DNA of 64,000 bases from an uncultured Actinomycetes bacterium (GCA_963785835.1 CAWAWO010000004.1:204706-268705), one strand, 5' to 3'. Positions 54,481 to 64,000 are shown, counted from the first letter of the stretch. Made by a program: numbers and translations. The notes: generated by a model not told the origin, from the sequence alone.

Positions 54481-55514
54481 GGCACGATGACGATCTTCAG
54501 CCCGGAACCCTCGCGGATCGTCTCGAAGGCCTTCGCGATGTCCTCGAGCGGGAACCGATGCGTCATCACCGCCGAGAGGTCATCCTTCCGCCGATCGAGG
54601 TAGTCCATCGTGATCCGGTACTGGCGGTGGGTCGCGCCGTAGGCGCCGAGGATCGCGAGCTCTTTGTAGTGGAGCTGGTTCATGTCGAGCGGGCTCACAG
54701 GGTCGTGCTTCGGCAACCCGGCGAAGTACACGACGCGCGCGCGCTTGGCGGCCAGCTCGAGCGCGGCCTGCTGCGCCTGCTTCGACGGCGCGGCGACGCT
54801 CACGCGGTCGGCGCCCCTCCCCCCGGTCCGAGCCATGACCTCGCCGACGCCGTTGTCCTCCCCCGCGACGAACGCGTCGTCGACGAAGGACCCGACGACG
54901 CCCATCGCGATGTCGAGCCGGTCCTGCTTGACGTCGGTCATGAAGATGCGACTCGCGCCGCGATCGCGGCACATGACGGCCTGCCAGCACCCGATCGGGC
55001 CCGTCCCGAGGATCACGACCGTGTCGCCGAGCCGGACGTCGAGCGCCTCGACACCGTTCAACGCGCAGGCGAACGGGTCGGCGACCGTCGCCAGGTCCGA
55101 AGGGAGATCGTCAGGGAGCGGGATGAGGTTCTTCGTCGCGATCGGCGGCACCGCAGCCCACTCCGCGTAGGCGCCAGGGAACGGGGCGTACCCGTAGAGC
55201 AGATGGTCCTCACAGAGGTTCTGGAACCCGTCGAGGCACCACGAGCACTCGCCGCAGGTCAGGATCGAGCCCAGGAAGACCCGGTCGCCGCGAGAGACGC
55301 CCGGCGGCAGGTCCGCCTCCGGGCCGACCTCCTCGAGGACCCCCACCGGCTCGTGACCGAGCACCCACGGCGCGGGGGCTCGAGGGTCGCCGTTGAAGAA
55401 CGTTCTCGCGTCGGTGCCACAGATGCCACACGCCAGGACCCGAAGGATCGCGCCCCTCGGGTCGAGCTTCGGCTCCTCGGTCTCGCGGACCTCCACCGCG
55501 TTCACGTCGGTCAT
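54477..55514 (-). CDS. zinc-dependent medium-chain alcohol/polyol dehydrogenase
   Basis: ACGICGTD, GHEPVGVLEEVG and GTGPIGC. ATG 55514 is assumed. Confidence 0.9.
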   Translation of the reverse strand: MTDVNAVEVRETEEPKLDPRGAILRVLACGICGTDARTFFNGDPRAPAPWVLGHEPVGVLEEVGPEADLPPGVSRGDRVFLGSILTCGECSWCLDGFQNLCEDHLLYGYAPFPGAYAEWAAVPPIATKNLIPLPDDLPSDLATVADPFACALNGVEALDVRLGDTVVILGTGPIGCWQAVMCRDRGASRIFMTDVKQDRLDIAMGVVGSFVDDAFVAGEDNGVGEVMARTGGRGADRVSVAAPSKQAQQAALELAAKRARVVYFAGLPKHDPVSPLDMNQLHYKELAILGAYGATHRQYRITMDYLDRRKDDLSAVMTHRFPLEDIAKAFETIREGSGLKIVIVP

Positions 55515-55589
55515 GAACGCCGCCCTCACGCGGGGACCCCCCACTCGGGAACGATCGAAGCGGTGGCGTCCGCGTCCGAGATCGTCACG

Positions 55590-56420
55590 TCAGCGTCCGA
55601 GCTCGTCGACGAGCGACTCGTGCGCCTTGTCCGAGCTCCACCGTTCGCGGATCACGCGCGAGAGCGCGCGGGTGATCGCTTCGGGCGACTCGTGCATGAA
55701 GATGTTCCGGCCCACCGAGCACCCGATCGCGCCGGCCTCGACGGCGACCTGCATCCGCCACAGCAGCTCCTTGTCCTCGAGCCGCGAGCCGCCGGCCAAC
55801 ACGACCGGGATCCCGTTCGCGGCCTCGACGAGCTTGACGAACGACTCCGGATCGCCCGGCCAGTTGGTCTTGACGATGTCGGCGCCCAGCTCCGCGCACA
55901 GGCGCACGTTCCGCCGCAGGTACTCGAACCCGTACTGCTGCTTCAGCTCCTCGACCGTCGCGTACGTGGTGGGGAACTCGGCCTCGGCGATGAACGGCAT
56001 CCCGAGCGCCGCGCATTCGCGGCCGACGGAAGCCAGGATGTCGAGCATCCCCGACTCCGTCTCTCCGCCGAGCGCCGTGAACAGGACGACCGCGTCGGCG
56101 CCGAGCACGAGCGCCTCCTCGACCTCGGCGATCTGAACGATCTCGGGACGGTCCCCGCCGGGATCGGCCGACGCGGAGAGCAGCAGCGCGAGGGACGTCG
56201 TCGGCGAGAATCCCGGTTCGGCGACCCGGATCATGCCCTTGCTCATCATGATCACGTTCGCGCCGCCGGCCACCGTCTCTCGCGTGCGGGCCTCGATATC
56301 GGCGAGCGGTTCGAGGAACGTCGGCGACGTCATCCCGTGGTCGAGCGCGCAGATCACCGAGACGCCCGCGGGGTCGATCACCCGCTTCAGCCGCATGGAC
56401 TTCCCGGTCTTCGTGGTCAT
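55590..56420 (-). CDS. DhnA/LsrF-type class I aldolase family protein
   Basis: 276 aa. ATG 56420 follows AGGAGGACGGC. ICALDHGMTSP, GADAVVLF, GADIVKTNWPG, VVLAGGSR. Confidence 0.8.
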   Translation of the reverse strand: MTTKTGKSMRLKRVIDPAGVSVICALDHGMTSPTFLEPLADIEARTRETVAGGANVIMMSKGMIRVAEPGFSPTTSLALLLSASADPGGDRPEIVQIAEVEEALVLGADAVVLFTALGGETESGMLDILASVGRECAALGMPFIAEAEFPTTYATVEELKQQYGFEYLRRNVRLCAELGADIVKTNWPGDPESFVKLVEAANGIPVVLAGGSRLEDKELLWRMQVAVEAGAIGCSVGRNIFMHESPEAITRALSRVIRERWSSDKAHESLVDELGR

Positions 56421-56444
56421 GCCGTCCTCCTGTGGTCGCGGGAA

Positions 56445-56455
56445 GTCTGGCAGAC
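56445..56455. promoter_or_regulatory. palindrome GTCTG-G-CAGAC in a divergent intergenic region (candidate operator)
   Basis: Read directly. It lies between the aldolase operon (minus) and the amidotransferase gene (plus). Confidence 0.25.
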
Positions 56456-56505
56456 CGCACGGCCTCGGCGCGAGCCCGCCCCAGGCCGCCGCTAGACTGC
56501 CCGTC

Positions 56506-57216
56506 ATGCGACCCGTGGTCCTGATCGGGCACGCCGACTGGGAGACGTTCGGTATCGCGCCCGCCACGCTCGAGGACGCGGGGATCCCGTGGATCGAGCA
56601 CTTGGCCCACACGGCTGCCGAACTCCCCTCCCCGAACGACGTCTCGGCGATCGTCACGTTCGGCGGCGACATGAACGTGGACATGATCGAGCGCTATCCG
56701 TTCCTCGAACGCGAGCGCGAGCTGATCGGCGCCGCCGTGGAGACCGGCATCCCGTACCTCGGGATCTGCCTCGGTGGACAGCTGCTCGCCAGGGCCCTCG
56801 ACCACCCGGTGCATCCCGGCGGCATCCGCGAGATCGGGTTCAAGCCGATCCGCCCGACGACCGAGGCACGGGACGACCCGCTGCTCTCCGGGTTCCGGGA
56901 CGGAGACACCGTGTTCCACTGGCATCAGGACACGTTCGAGCTCCCCGAGGGAGCGACGCTGCTCGCGACCGGGGACGAGGTCCACACGCAGGCGTTCCGG
57001 TACGGGGACCTCGCGTGGGGGACGCAGTTCCACTTCGAGGTCGACCGGGCCGAGCTCGACCTGTGGCTGAAGACCGCGGGTGAGGACGGGGTGAGCGCGT
57101 GGGGCTCGTCCGTGGATCGGATCCGGGCGGAGGCAGAAGACCATCTCGCCGCGCACGAGGCGCGAGCGCGCGGGCTCTTCGCTCGGTTCTGGGAGATCGT
57201 CCGGCACGCCGCCTGA
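56506..57216 (+). CDS. class I glutamine amidotransferase-like protein (PuuD/GMP-synthase-type fold)
   Basis: 236 aa with nucleophile elbow GICLGGQLLA and WGTQFHFEV (His-Glu). Confidence 0.85.
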   Translation: MRPVVLIGHADWETFGIAPATLEDAGIPWIEHLAHTAAELPSPNDVSAIVTFGGDMNVDMIERYPFLERERELIGAAVETGIPYLGICLGGQLLARALDHPVHPGGIREIGFKPIRPTTEARDDPLLSGFRDGDTVFHWHQDTFELPEGATLLATGDEVHTQAFRYGDLAWGTQFHFEVDRAELDLWLKTAGEDGVSAWGSSVDRIRAEAEDHLAAHEARARGLFARFWEIVRHAA

Positions 57217-57267
57217 CGGCCTCGTACTACGATTCGCCTACCGTTCCCCACCGTGAAGGAGGCTGCG

Positions 57268-58290
57268 ATGGCCGACCTGAACGTCGTCACGTACCGGCCC
57301 GAGCGGAGCGAGTACGCGTGGACCTTCGGGGGCGTCGAACCCGTGATGAAGGTCCGCCCCGGAGACGTCGTCGAGCTGTGGACCGAAGACTGTTTCGGCG
57401 GGCTCGTCGAGACCGTCGACGATCTCCCGTCGGAGAAGATCACGGCGTTCAACCCGCAGACCGGGCCGTTCCACGTCGAGGGCGCCGAGCCGGGGGACAC
57501 GCTCGTGCTCCACTTCGTCTCGATCGAGCCGTCACGCGACTGGGCGATCTCGACGACGTTCCCGCTCTTCGGAGCGCTCACGTCGACGCACCGAACCGTG
57601 ACCCTTCAGGACCCGCTCCCCGAGATCGTCTGGCGTTACGACGTGGACGCCTCGCGACGGGTCGTGCGGTACGAGGCGAGGCGCGGCGACTACACGGTCG
57701 AGCTTCCGCTGGAGCCGATGCACGGCACCGTCGGGGTGTCCCCCGCGGGCGGGGAGGCTCGTTCCTCGCTGGTTCCGGACGCCCACGGCGGGAACATGGA
57801 CACGCCGGAGATGCGAACCGGCACGACGTGTTACCTCGGGGTCAACGTCGAGGGCGCGCTGTTCTCGATCGGCGACGGACACTGCCGGCAAGGGGAGGGC
57901 GAGACGTGCGGGGTCGCGGTCGAGGCCGCGATGGAGACCGTCCTCGTCGTCGACCTGGTCAAGCAACGCTCGACGCCCTGGCCGCGGCTCGAGGACGACG
58001 AGCACATCATGTCCACGGGTTCGGCCCGGCCGCTCGAGGACGCGTTCCGGATCGCCCACGGCGATCTCGTCATGTGGCTGGCAGAGGAGTTCGACCTGGA
58101 CAAGCTCGATGCCTACCAGCTCGTCTCCCAGATCTCCGAGAGCCCGGTGGCCAACGTCTGCGACCCGAACTACACGTTCGTGGCCAAGGCCCCGAAGCGA
58201 TTCCTCCCCGGCGCCGACGTCTACACGCGCGCGAGAGACCGCGTGAAGGAGATCGCCGGCGGCTACCGGTCGGAGCGCGGCATCGGCTAG
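57268..58290 (+). CDS. acetamidase/formamidase-family amidohydrolase
   Basis: ATG 57268 follows GAAGGAGG. FNPQTGPFHVEGAEPGDTL, GGNMD and SIGDGHCRQGEGETCG. Confidence 0.85.
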   Translation: MADLNVVTYRPERSEYAWTFGGVEPVMKVRPGDVVELWTEDCFGGLVETVDDLPSEKITAFNPQTGPFHVEGAEPGDTLVLHFVSIEPSRDWAISTTFPLFGALTSTHRTVTLQDPLPEIVWRYDVDASRRVVRYEARRGDYTVELPLEPMHGTVGVSPAGGEARSSLVPDAHGGNMDTPEMRTGTTCYLGVNVEGALFSIGDGHCRQGEGETCGVAVEAAMETVLVVDLVKQRSTPWPRLEDDEHIMSTGSARPLEDAFRIAHGDLVMWLAEEFDLDKLDAYQLVSQISESPVANVCDPNYTFVAKAPKRFLPGADVYTRARDRVKEIAGGYRSERGIG

Positions 58291-58435
58291 ATCGGATCCG
58301 CACGCGGAAGTTCGGCCGCCCGACTTGCGAGCCTGGGCCGGGGGGGTGCAGGATTGGACGACGACTGCTGGTGGGGGCGCGCCCGCACCCGTTTCCGGTC
58401 GTGCTCGCCCCCCAGGGGAAGGAAAGGGGTGAGGT

Positions 58436-59983
58436 ATGGCGGACCGTGTCGACGAGAAGGCCATGATCTCCGAACGGGTCGCTCCCGTCCTCGTCGCCAG
58501 GACGCTCCGGCCGTTCGACCTGGTCGTGATCTTCGTCGCGATCGTCCTGTTCATCAACAACGCCGCCGGGCTGCAGTTCGCGGGCCCGTCGGTGTTCATC
58601 TTCTGGATCGTCGCGTTCGCGACGTTCCTCATCACCGGGGCGTTCGTAACCGCCCAGCTCGGGCGGATGTTCCCCGAGGAGGGCTCCCTCTACGTCTGGA
58701 CCCACAAGGTGCTGGGGCCGTTCTGGGGGTTCTTCGCCGGGTTCGTAGCGTGGTGGCCCGGTCCGATCTCGCTCGTGTTCATCGGGATCCTGTTCGCGAA
58801 CTACCTTCAGCAGTTCGCCGTGCTGGCGAACCCCGACTGCGAGTTCCCTTGCATCTTCACCGAGAACTGGCACATCGGCGTCGTCGTGCTCGCGGTGATC
58901 TGGTTCAGCGCGCTGATGTCCTACCTCAAGATGCGCGTCACGCAGAACTACGTGAACGTGATGTTCTGGTTCTACGGGGCAGCGATCTTCCTGATCGGGT
59001 TCGCCGGCGTGTGGTGGCTGCTGCAGGGGAACGCGGCGTCGACCGACTTCGGGACGGGGTGGGATCCCTTCCAGGGCGACGAGCTGGCGCTCGGTCTCCC
59101 CGCGAACCTCACGTTCTTCTCGTTCGCGATCCTCGCGCTCCTCGGGATCGAGACGCCGCTGAACATGGGCGTCGAGGTGTCGGGCGGCGAGAAGGCGATC
59201 CGCACGTTCCTGCTCTGGGGCTGCGTGATCGTCATGGCCGCGTACCTCTGGGCGACCTGGGGGAACATGGTCGTGATCGAGGCCGGCGGAGCGAACGGGA
59301 CGACCGGGGGCGCCGAGTCCGTGGGGCTCGCGCTCGGGCGGTGGACCGGCGCCGCCGTGTCGCTGGTGCTCGCATGGGTCGTGCTGACGGTCGCCGCCGT
59401 CTACAACTACTCGTTCGGACGCCTGCTGTTCGTCTCCGGGCTGGAGCGGCGACTGCCGCACCAGATCGGCAGGGTCAACAAGAACAAAGTCCCCGCGAAC
59501 GCGATCACGCTCCAGACGGTGATCTCGACGATCCTCGCCGTCATGATCTTCTTCGTGTTCGGCAGGGGCGAGACCGACCCGTACAAGTACTTCTACATCC
59601 TGTACGCCGGCGTCACGATCGTCTGGTGCATCTCGACCGCGCTGCTGTTCCTGGACATCTTCTTCGCGAAGCGCGCGGAACCGGAGCGGTTCGAGCGCGA
59701 GCGCAGGGTGCCGGTCGGCTGGCTGTACCTCTGCGGCGTGGTCGGGTTCGTCGTCAACCTCTTGGCCGTCCTGTTCATCTTCGTGGGCTCGTGGTATCCG
59801 GCAGGGTTCCCGACGCTCGCCGAGTGGAACTCATGGATGGTCGGCTTCACGGCCGTCTCGGTCGTGTCCGGGATCGTGATCTACGTGATCTCGCAGCGGA
59901 CGAGGAAGGGCAAGACCGACGAGGAATTGATCGTGCTGGGTGCGGCGGAACAGGAGATCGCCGAAGATCTTCCGGCGACCTGA
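58436..59983 (+). CDS. APC-superfamily amino acid/amine permease
   Basis: 515 aa with 12 or more TMs and RBS GGAAAGGGGTGAGG. Confidence 0.9.
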   Translation: MADRVDEKAMISERVAPVLVARTLRPFDLVVIFVAIVLFINNAAGLQFAGPSVFIFWIVAFATFLITGAFVTAQLGRMFPEEGSLYVWTHKVLGPFWGFFAGFVAWWPGPISLVFIGILFANYLQQFAVLANPDCEFPCIFTENWHIGVVVLAVIWFSALMSYLKMRVTQNYVNVMFWFYGAAIFLIGFAGVWWLLQGNAASTDFGTGWDPFQGDELALGLPANLTFFSFAILALLGIETPLNMGVEVSGGEKAIRTFLLWGCVIVMAAYLWATWGNMVVIEAGGANGTTGGAESVGLALGRWTGAAVSLVLAWVVLTVAAVYNYSFGRLLFVSGLERRLPHQIGRVNKNKVPANAITLQTVISTILAVMIFFVFGRGETDPYKYFYILYAGVTIVWCISTALLFLDIFFAKRAEPERFERERRVPVGWLYLCGVVGFVVNLLAVLFIFVGSWYPAGFPTLAEWNSWMVGFTAVSVVSGIVIYVISQRTRKGKTDEELIVLGAAEQEIAEDLPAT

Positions 59984-60005
59984 TCAGCGGCAGCTCGACC
60001 GTCAC

Positions 60006-60033
60006 GGAGGGGCACGCGGACGCGTGCCCCTCC
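60006..60033. terminator. bidirectional hairpin between convergent genes
   Basis: Perfect 12-bp stem GGAGGGGCACGC / GCGTGCCCCTCC with loop GGAC. Confidence 0.6.
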
Positions 60034-60046
60034 GCCGTTCCCGACC

Positions 60047-61219
60047 TCAGCTGCCGAGACCGTGCAGGGCCCGGCACCCGTCGCCGAGGACCAGCCGGCC
60101 GAGACGAGCCGCCTCTTCCAGATCGACGTAGCCGCGGTCCACGAACCCGTCGAGCACGGGTTCCAGGGCCCTGCGGGCCAGCAGCGCCGAGATCCAGAAC
60201 GACTCGGGCTCGCCCGCCTCGTCCGAGCCGTAGAGGAGCTTGGCCGCCGGAACCGTGCCGACCAGCATCTCGAGCGCCCACTCGACCTGGCCGAATCCCC
60301 AGGGGATCAGCTCGGAGAGCTCCAGGTAGACGTTCGGCAGGACCGACGCGATGTAGGCCGCCTCCCGGATCCACGGGTAGCCGCTGTGGACGAGGACGAC
60401 CGGCTGGTCCTGGAGGTCCACGAGCAGCGGGAACAGCTGCTCGGGTCGCGCATGCGCGAGGTCGATGTCGGGGTCGCCGCCACCGCAGTGGAAGTGGAAC
60501 GGGCGGTCGTGCTCCTTCGCGACCCTGAGCGTGCGCCGGATGAGGAAGTCTCGGACGGGCTTCGCGTGGTCGCGGCTCTCCCGCCACTCGTCGCCGCGCC
60601 AGCGTTCGAACGCGCTCTCGGCGTCGGAGCCGGTCGGGTCGCCCACGTCCAGGCCCGTGCGATAGGCGACGATCGACTTGTAGGCGACGCAGTTCGGGTC
60701 ACTCGCCGCCTTCACCGCCTCGCCTTCGACGCCATCGACGAGGTCGTCGAACCCTGCCTCCCGGTGCTCGAGGATCCACGGCTCGAGACGCACCACCCGG
60801 TGCACGGTCACGCCGATCGACTTCGCGAACTCCTCGGCCGGGACCGGCGGTTGGGGGAACCCCTCGTCCGACAGCACGGCGACGACCCCCGCGGCGTCGA
60901 GCAGTCCCTTCGTGTAGCCGACGGGATCGGCGTGCAACGCGGCACCCCGCGCTTCGGTCACGGCCTCTCGCGTGGGTTCGCAGCCGAGATGCTCGGCGAG
61001 CCAGCGCCGCACCGCCGACGCCAGCACCGTGGACCCAGTGAGGTCGTCGACGAACGGCCACAGCTCGGGACCGAGCCGCGACGAGGACGCGAACGACTCG
61101 CCGAGGAACGTCATGCGCGTGTCGAATCCTGCGGCGTCGCGCTCGAGCACCTCCTCGAGCCGGTAGGGATGGGTGTGGGCATCCACGATCTCCGCGTCCG
61201 AAAGATCCACTCGACCCAC
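60047..61219 (-). CDS. amidohydrolase-2-type metal-dependent TIM-barrel hydrolase
   Basis: GTG 61219 lies 5 nt after GAGAGGAG. IVDAHTHPY (HxH), PFHFHCGGGDP and VVLVHSGYPW. Confidence 0.8.
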   Translation of the reverse strand: MGRVDLSDAEIVDAHTHPYRLEEVLERDAAGFDTRMTFLGESFASSSRLGPELWPFVDDLTGSTVLASAVRRWLAEHLGCEPTREAVTEARGAALHADPVGYTKGLLDAAGVVAVLSDEGFPQPPVPAEEFAKSIGVTVHRVVRLEPWILEHREAGFDDLVDGVEGEAVKAASDPNCVAYKSIVAYRTGLDVGDPTGSDAESAFERWRGDEWRESRDHAKPVRDFLIRRTLRVAKEHDRPFHFHCGGGDPDIDLAHARPEQLFPLLVDLQDQPVVLVHSGYPWIREAAYIASVLPNVYLELSELIPWGFGQVEWALEMLVGTVPAAKLLYGSDEAGEPESFWISALLARRALEPVLDGFVDRGYVDLEEAARLGRLVLGDGCRALHGLGS

Positions 61220-61230
61220 GTCGACTCCTC

Positions 61231-62592
61231 TCAGTACCGCCAACGGTGCGCTCGCGCGATCTCCTCGTCGCTCTTCCCCTTGAACGCGGCCGCCTCGCCA
61301 CGCCGCGTCGCGAGGAAGGAATCGAACAGCATGTCCCCCATCGCCTCGCGAAGGACCGTCGAGCGTTCGAGCTCGCGGATCGCGGAGCCGAGCGAGGACG
61401 GCAGCTGCGCGATCCCGCGCCGCTTCCGCTCGGCCGTCGAGAGGGACGCCGGATCCTCCGTGACCGGCTCCGGCAGCCGAAGGTCGCGTTCGATCCCATC
61501 GAGGCCCGCTGCGACGACCGCGCCGAGCACCAGGTAGGGATTGCTCGAGCCGTCGACGGGCTTGATCTCCAGGTTCGCGGCGTCCGGGCGGCTCCCGACC
61601 ATCCCGGTGACGAACCGCAGACCGGCCTCGCGGTTCTCCAGCCCCCAGCACTTCCACGGGCCCGACCAGCGGTGCGGTTGCAGGCGCAGATAGCTGTTGA
61701 CCGACGAGCACGAGACGGCGACGAGCGCGGGCAGCGACTCGAGGATCCCCGCGGTGAACGCCTCGGCCTGGCGCGTCATCCCTTCGGGGCCGTCCCCACC
61801 GTTGAAGATGTTGCGCCCGCGGCGGTTCCACAAGCTGAAGTGCAGGTGGTCCCCGTTGCCGACGCGCCCGGCGAACACGACCGGCGCGAACGAGACCGCC
61901 ATGCCGTGCGAACGCGCCACCGCGCGGATCGTGTGGCGAGCGATCAGGTTGGTGTCCGCGATCGCCACGCCGGCGCGATGCGGCACCGAGAGCTCGAACT
62001 GTCCCGTGGAGTACTCCGGGTGGAACTGCATCACGCCGGTTCCCTGGGTCTCGAGCGCCCGGATCAGATCGGCGGCGAACGGCTCCTGGTCCGACAGGAC
62101 CGGCGCGCTGTACCCCGGTCCCTCGTGGGAGGGGACGGGGTCGGGCTCGTCGGGCTCGCCCGGCCGGGTCCGCCACCCGAGGAAGAACTCGAGCTCGTAC
62201 GCGCCGCGGAACTCGAGCCCGGCGTCGCTCAGCCGGTCCAGCATCCGGCGCGCGAACGACCGTCCGCACGGAGGCCACGGGTTCCCCTCCTGGTCACGCT
62301 GATCGACCGCGGCCATCGCCCACCCCGGCGATCCCGCGAGCGCGACCACGGATGCGGGGTCGGGAACCAGCCGCGTGTCCCCCGAGGGGCCTTCGATGCC
62401 GGGGGCCCACGCGATGTCGTCGTTGACCAGGAAGACCGAGAAGACGGTGGACAGGCCCACCCCGTACCGCGACGCCTCCTGGAACCGGCTCACCGGGATG
62501 CACTTCACCCTGGTGACGCCGTCCGGACCCACCACGGCGAGCGCCACCGCCTCGACGCTGGCCGAGGCGAGCCTACGGGCCGCCGCCGTCAC
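61231..62592 (-). CDS. glutamine-synthetase-family protein (second paralog)
   Basis: 453 aa with AYELEFFL, HPEYSTGQFELS, NGDHLHFSLW, NSYLRL and ENREAGLRF. Confidence 0.9.
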   Translation of the reverse strand: MTAAARRLASASVEAVALAVVGPDGVTRVKCIPVSRFQEASRYGVGLSTVFSVFLVNDDIAWAPGIEGPSGDTRLVPDPASVVALAGSPGWAMAAVDQRDQEGNPWPPCGRSFARRMLDRLSDAGLEFRGAYELEFFLGWRTRPGEPDEPDPVPSHEGPGYSAPVLSDQEPFAADLIRALETQGTGVMQFHPEYSTGQFELSVPHRAGVAIADTNLIARHTIRAVARSHGMAVSFAPVVFAGRVGNGDHLHFSLWNRRGRNIFNGGDGPEGMTRQAEAFTAGILESLPALVAVSCSSVNSYLRLQPHRWSGPWKCWGLENREAGLRFVTGMVGSRPDAANLEIKPVDGSSNPYLVLGAVVAAGLDGIERDLRLPEPVTEDPASLSTAERKRRGIAQLPSSLGSAIRELERSTVLREAMGDMLFDSFLATRRGEAAAFKGKSDEEIARAHRWRY

Positions 62593-62651
62593 TCCCGGCG
62601 CGCCCGAGGTCTTCGCTCGCTTGGTGCTCGTCCGGGTCCTCGCCTGGGGGC

Positions 62652-63980
62652 TCAGAACAGCTCCAGGTACTCCGTGCGCTCCCAGTCGCTCACGTGGTCC
62701 GCGAGCCTGGAGAGCTCGTACCGCCGCATGCCCGTGTACGCCGCGATGAACTCCTCGCCGAAGAACTCCCGCGTCGCCGGCTCGGTCTCGAGCGCGTCCA
62801 GTGATGCACCGAGGTCGAGCGGGAGCTTGTCGAGCGACTCGTCATCTTCGGCGGGCACGCCCGGCTTGGAAGGCTCGGGCGCCGAGAGTTTGTCCTCGAT
62901 GCCGCGGAGCCCCGCCTGGATCAGGGCCGCCCCGACGAGGTAGGGGTTCGACAGCGCCGAGGGGGCCCGGTACTCGACGTGCTTGGACGCGGGGCTCCCC
63001 CCTTTCACGCGGACGAGCGCGGAGCGATCCTCGACGCCCCAGGAGACGTTGGTCGGGCTGAAGGTGTGGCGACGGCGCCTGCGGAGGCAGTTCACGGTGG
63101 GCGCAATCACCGCGTCGATCGCACCGGCGTAGGTCAGGACCCCAGCGATGAACGACCGCATCGTGTCGTTCATCCCCTGCGGGTCGCCCTCGTCGCCGAA
63201 GGCGTTCTCGCTCGAGTCCAGGTCGAGGAGCGAGAGGTGCGTGTGGCAGCCGCTCCCGGCCGAGTCGGCCCACGGCTTGCTCATGAACGTCGCCAGGTAG
63301 CCGTCCTGCTTCGCGATCTCCTTCACGCCGTTCTTGAACGTGAACGCGTTGTCGGGTCCGGCGAGCCCACGTCCCGGCGCGAAGTTGATCTCCCACTGCG
63401 ATCCCGCGTACTCGCAGTTCGCCGTGATGACGTCGACGCCCACCTTCGGCATCTCCTCGGCGATCCGGCGGATCGTGGGCACGTAGTCGTTCCGCACCGT
63501 GTTGAAGATCTGGTAGCCCTGGAACAGCCGCTCGTGCGTGTCGCCGCTGAGCAGGTAGAACTCGAACTCGGAGCCCATCAGCGGCTCGAAGCCCATCTCG
63601 CGCGCGTGGTCGAGAGCTCGACGGAAGACGTACCTCGGCGTAGCGGTGAGGGGCGTTCCGTCGTACCACTGGGCGTCGCAGATGAGCCGGCCCGTGGCGT
63701 CCGCCCACGGGATGATCGCGGCGCTGTCGGGATCGGGGATCAACAACTGGTCGCCGTACCCGACCTCCTCGTGATACAGGGTGCCGGGCACCACGTCGGA
63801 GCGCGAGTCGAGGACGCTCACCCCTCCGTACATGTTGAGCCCGCGCTCCGCGTAGTCGAACGCGTGCGCGATCGGGATGGTCTTCGATCGTGAGATGCCG
63901 TGCATGTCCGGCAGCTCGAAGCGAACGAACCTGACGCCGTCTCCCTTCCAGTCCTCGAGGATCTTCTTCGTGTCCTCCAC
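62652..63980 (-). CDS. glutamine-synthetase-family protein (third paralog)
   Basis: 442 aa, GTG 63980 after GGGAGGGAG. GSEFEFYLL, CEYAGSQWEINF, SGCHTHLSL and EDRSALVRV. Confidence 0.9.
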   Translation of the reverse strand: MEDTKKILEDWKGDGVRFVRFELPDMHGISRSKTIPIAHAFDYAERGLNMYGGVSVLDSRSDVVPGTLYHEEVGYGDQLLIPDPDSAAIIPWADATGRLICDAQWYDGTPLTATPRYVFRRALDHAREMGFEPLMGSEFEFYLLSGDTHERLFQGYQIFNTVRNDYVPTIRRIAEEMPKVGVDVITANCEYAGSQWEINFAPGRGLAGPDNAFTFKNGVKEIAKQDGYLATFMSKPWADSAGSGCHTHLSLLDLDSSENAFGDEGDPQGMNDTMRSFIAGVLTYAGAIDAVIAPTVNCLRRRRRHTFSPTNVSWGVEDRSALVRVKGGSPASKHVEYRAPSALSNPYLVGAALIQAGLRGIEDKLSAPEPSKPGVPAEDDESLDKLPLDLGASLDALETEPATREFFGEEFIAAYTGMRRYELSRLADHVSDWERTEYLELF

Positions 63981-64000
63981 CGGTCGACTCCCTCCCGGGT

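Overview
About 64 kb of very GC-rich DNA (roughly 70% GC by eye; third-codon-position GC above 90% in convincing genes) that looks like an Actinomycetota chromosome. I call about 60 protein genes and saw no rRNA, tRNA, CRISPR array or intact transposon.

Content from left to right:
- 0-13.5 kb, housekeeping and accessory mix: Kelch lipoprotein, group-2-like sigma-70, a MoaD-like/Asp-box propeller fusion, a broken WS/DGAT, two secreted copper proteins, EamA, AlaX, DUF1684 and hydrolases.
- 13.5-28 kb, envelope/phosphoester locus: three paralogous uncharacterised GT-C-like polytopic membrane proteins, a Tat-type phospholipase C/acid phosphatase-family enzyme, two alkaline-phosphatase-superfamily paralogs (one apparently without catalytic residues) and a two-component permease.
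- 28-47 kb: ZIP transporter, GntR, LLM oxidoreductase, mutY, CBS, glutaryl-CoA-dehydrogenase-like gene, MBOAT+SGNH pair, DGPF/YciI + ECF42-type sigma module, TrpB2, zwf preceded by an atypical Rieske-like protein, CDP-alcohol phosphatidyltransferase, greA, GT39, aldehyde dehydrogenase.
- 48-64 kb, amine-catabolic island: two APC permeases, three glutamine-synthetase-like genes, a class I amidotransferase, formamidase and amidohydrolase. It is interrupted by a DUF222/HNH gene and an aldolase-dehydrogenase-kinase operon.

Main caveat: at least 20 single-base reading-frame breaks are visible, mostly at short C/G runs. Several form length-compensating pairs, and they cluster heavily at 14.05-15.55 kb. 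Many may be consensus errors rather than biology. All functional calls come from reading the translations by eye; no database search was possible.
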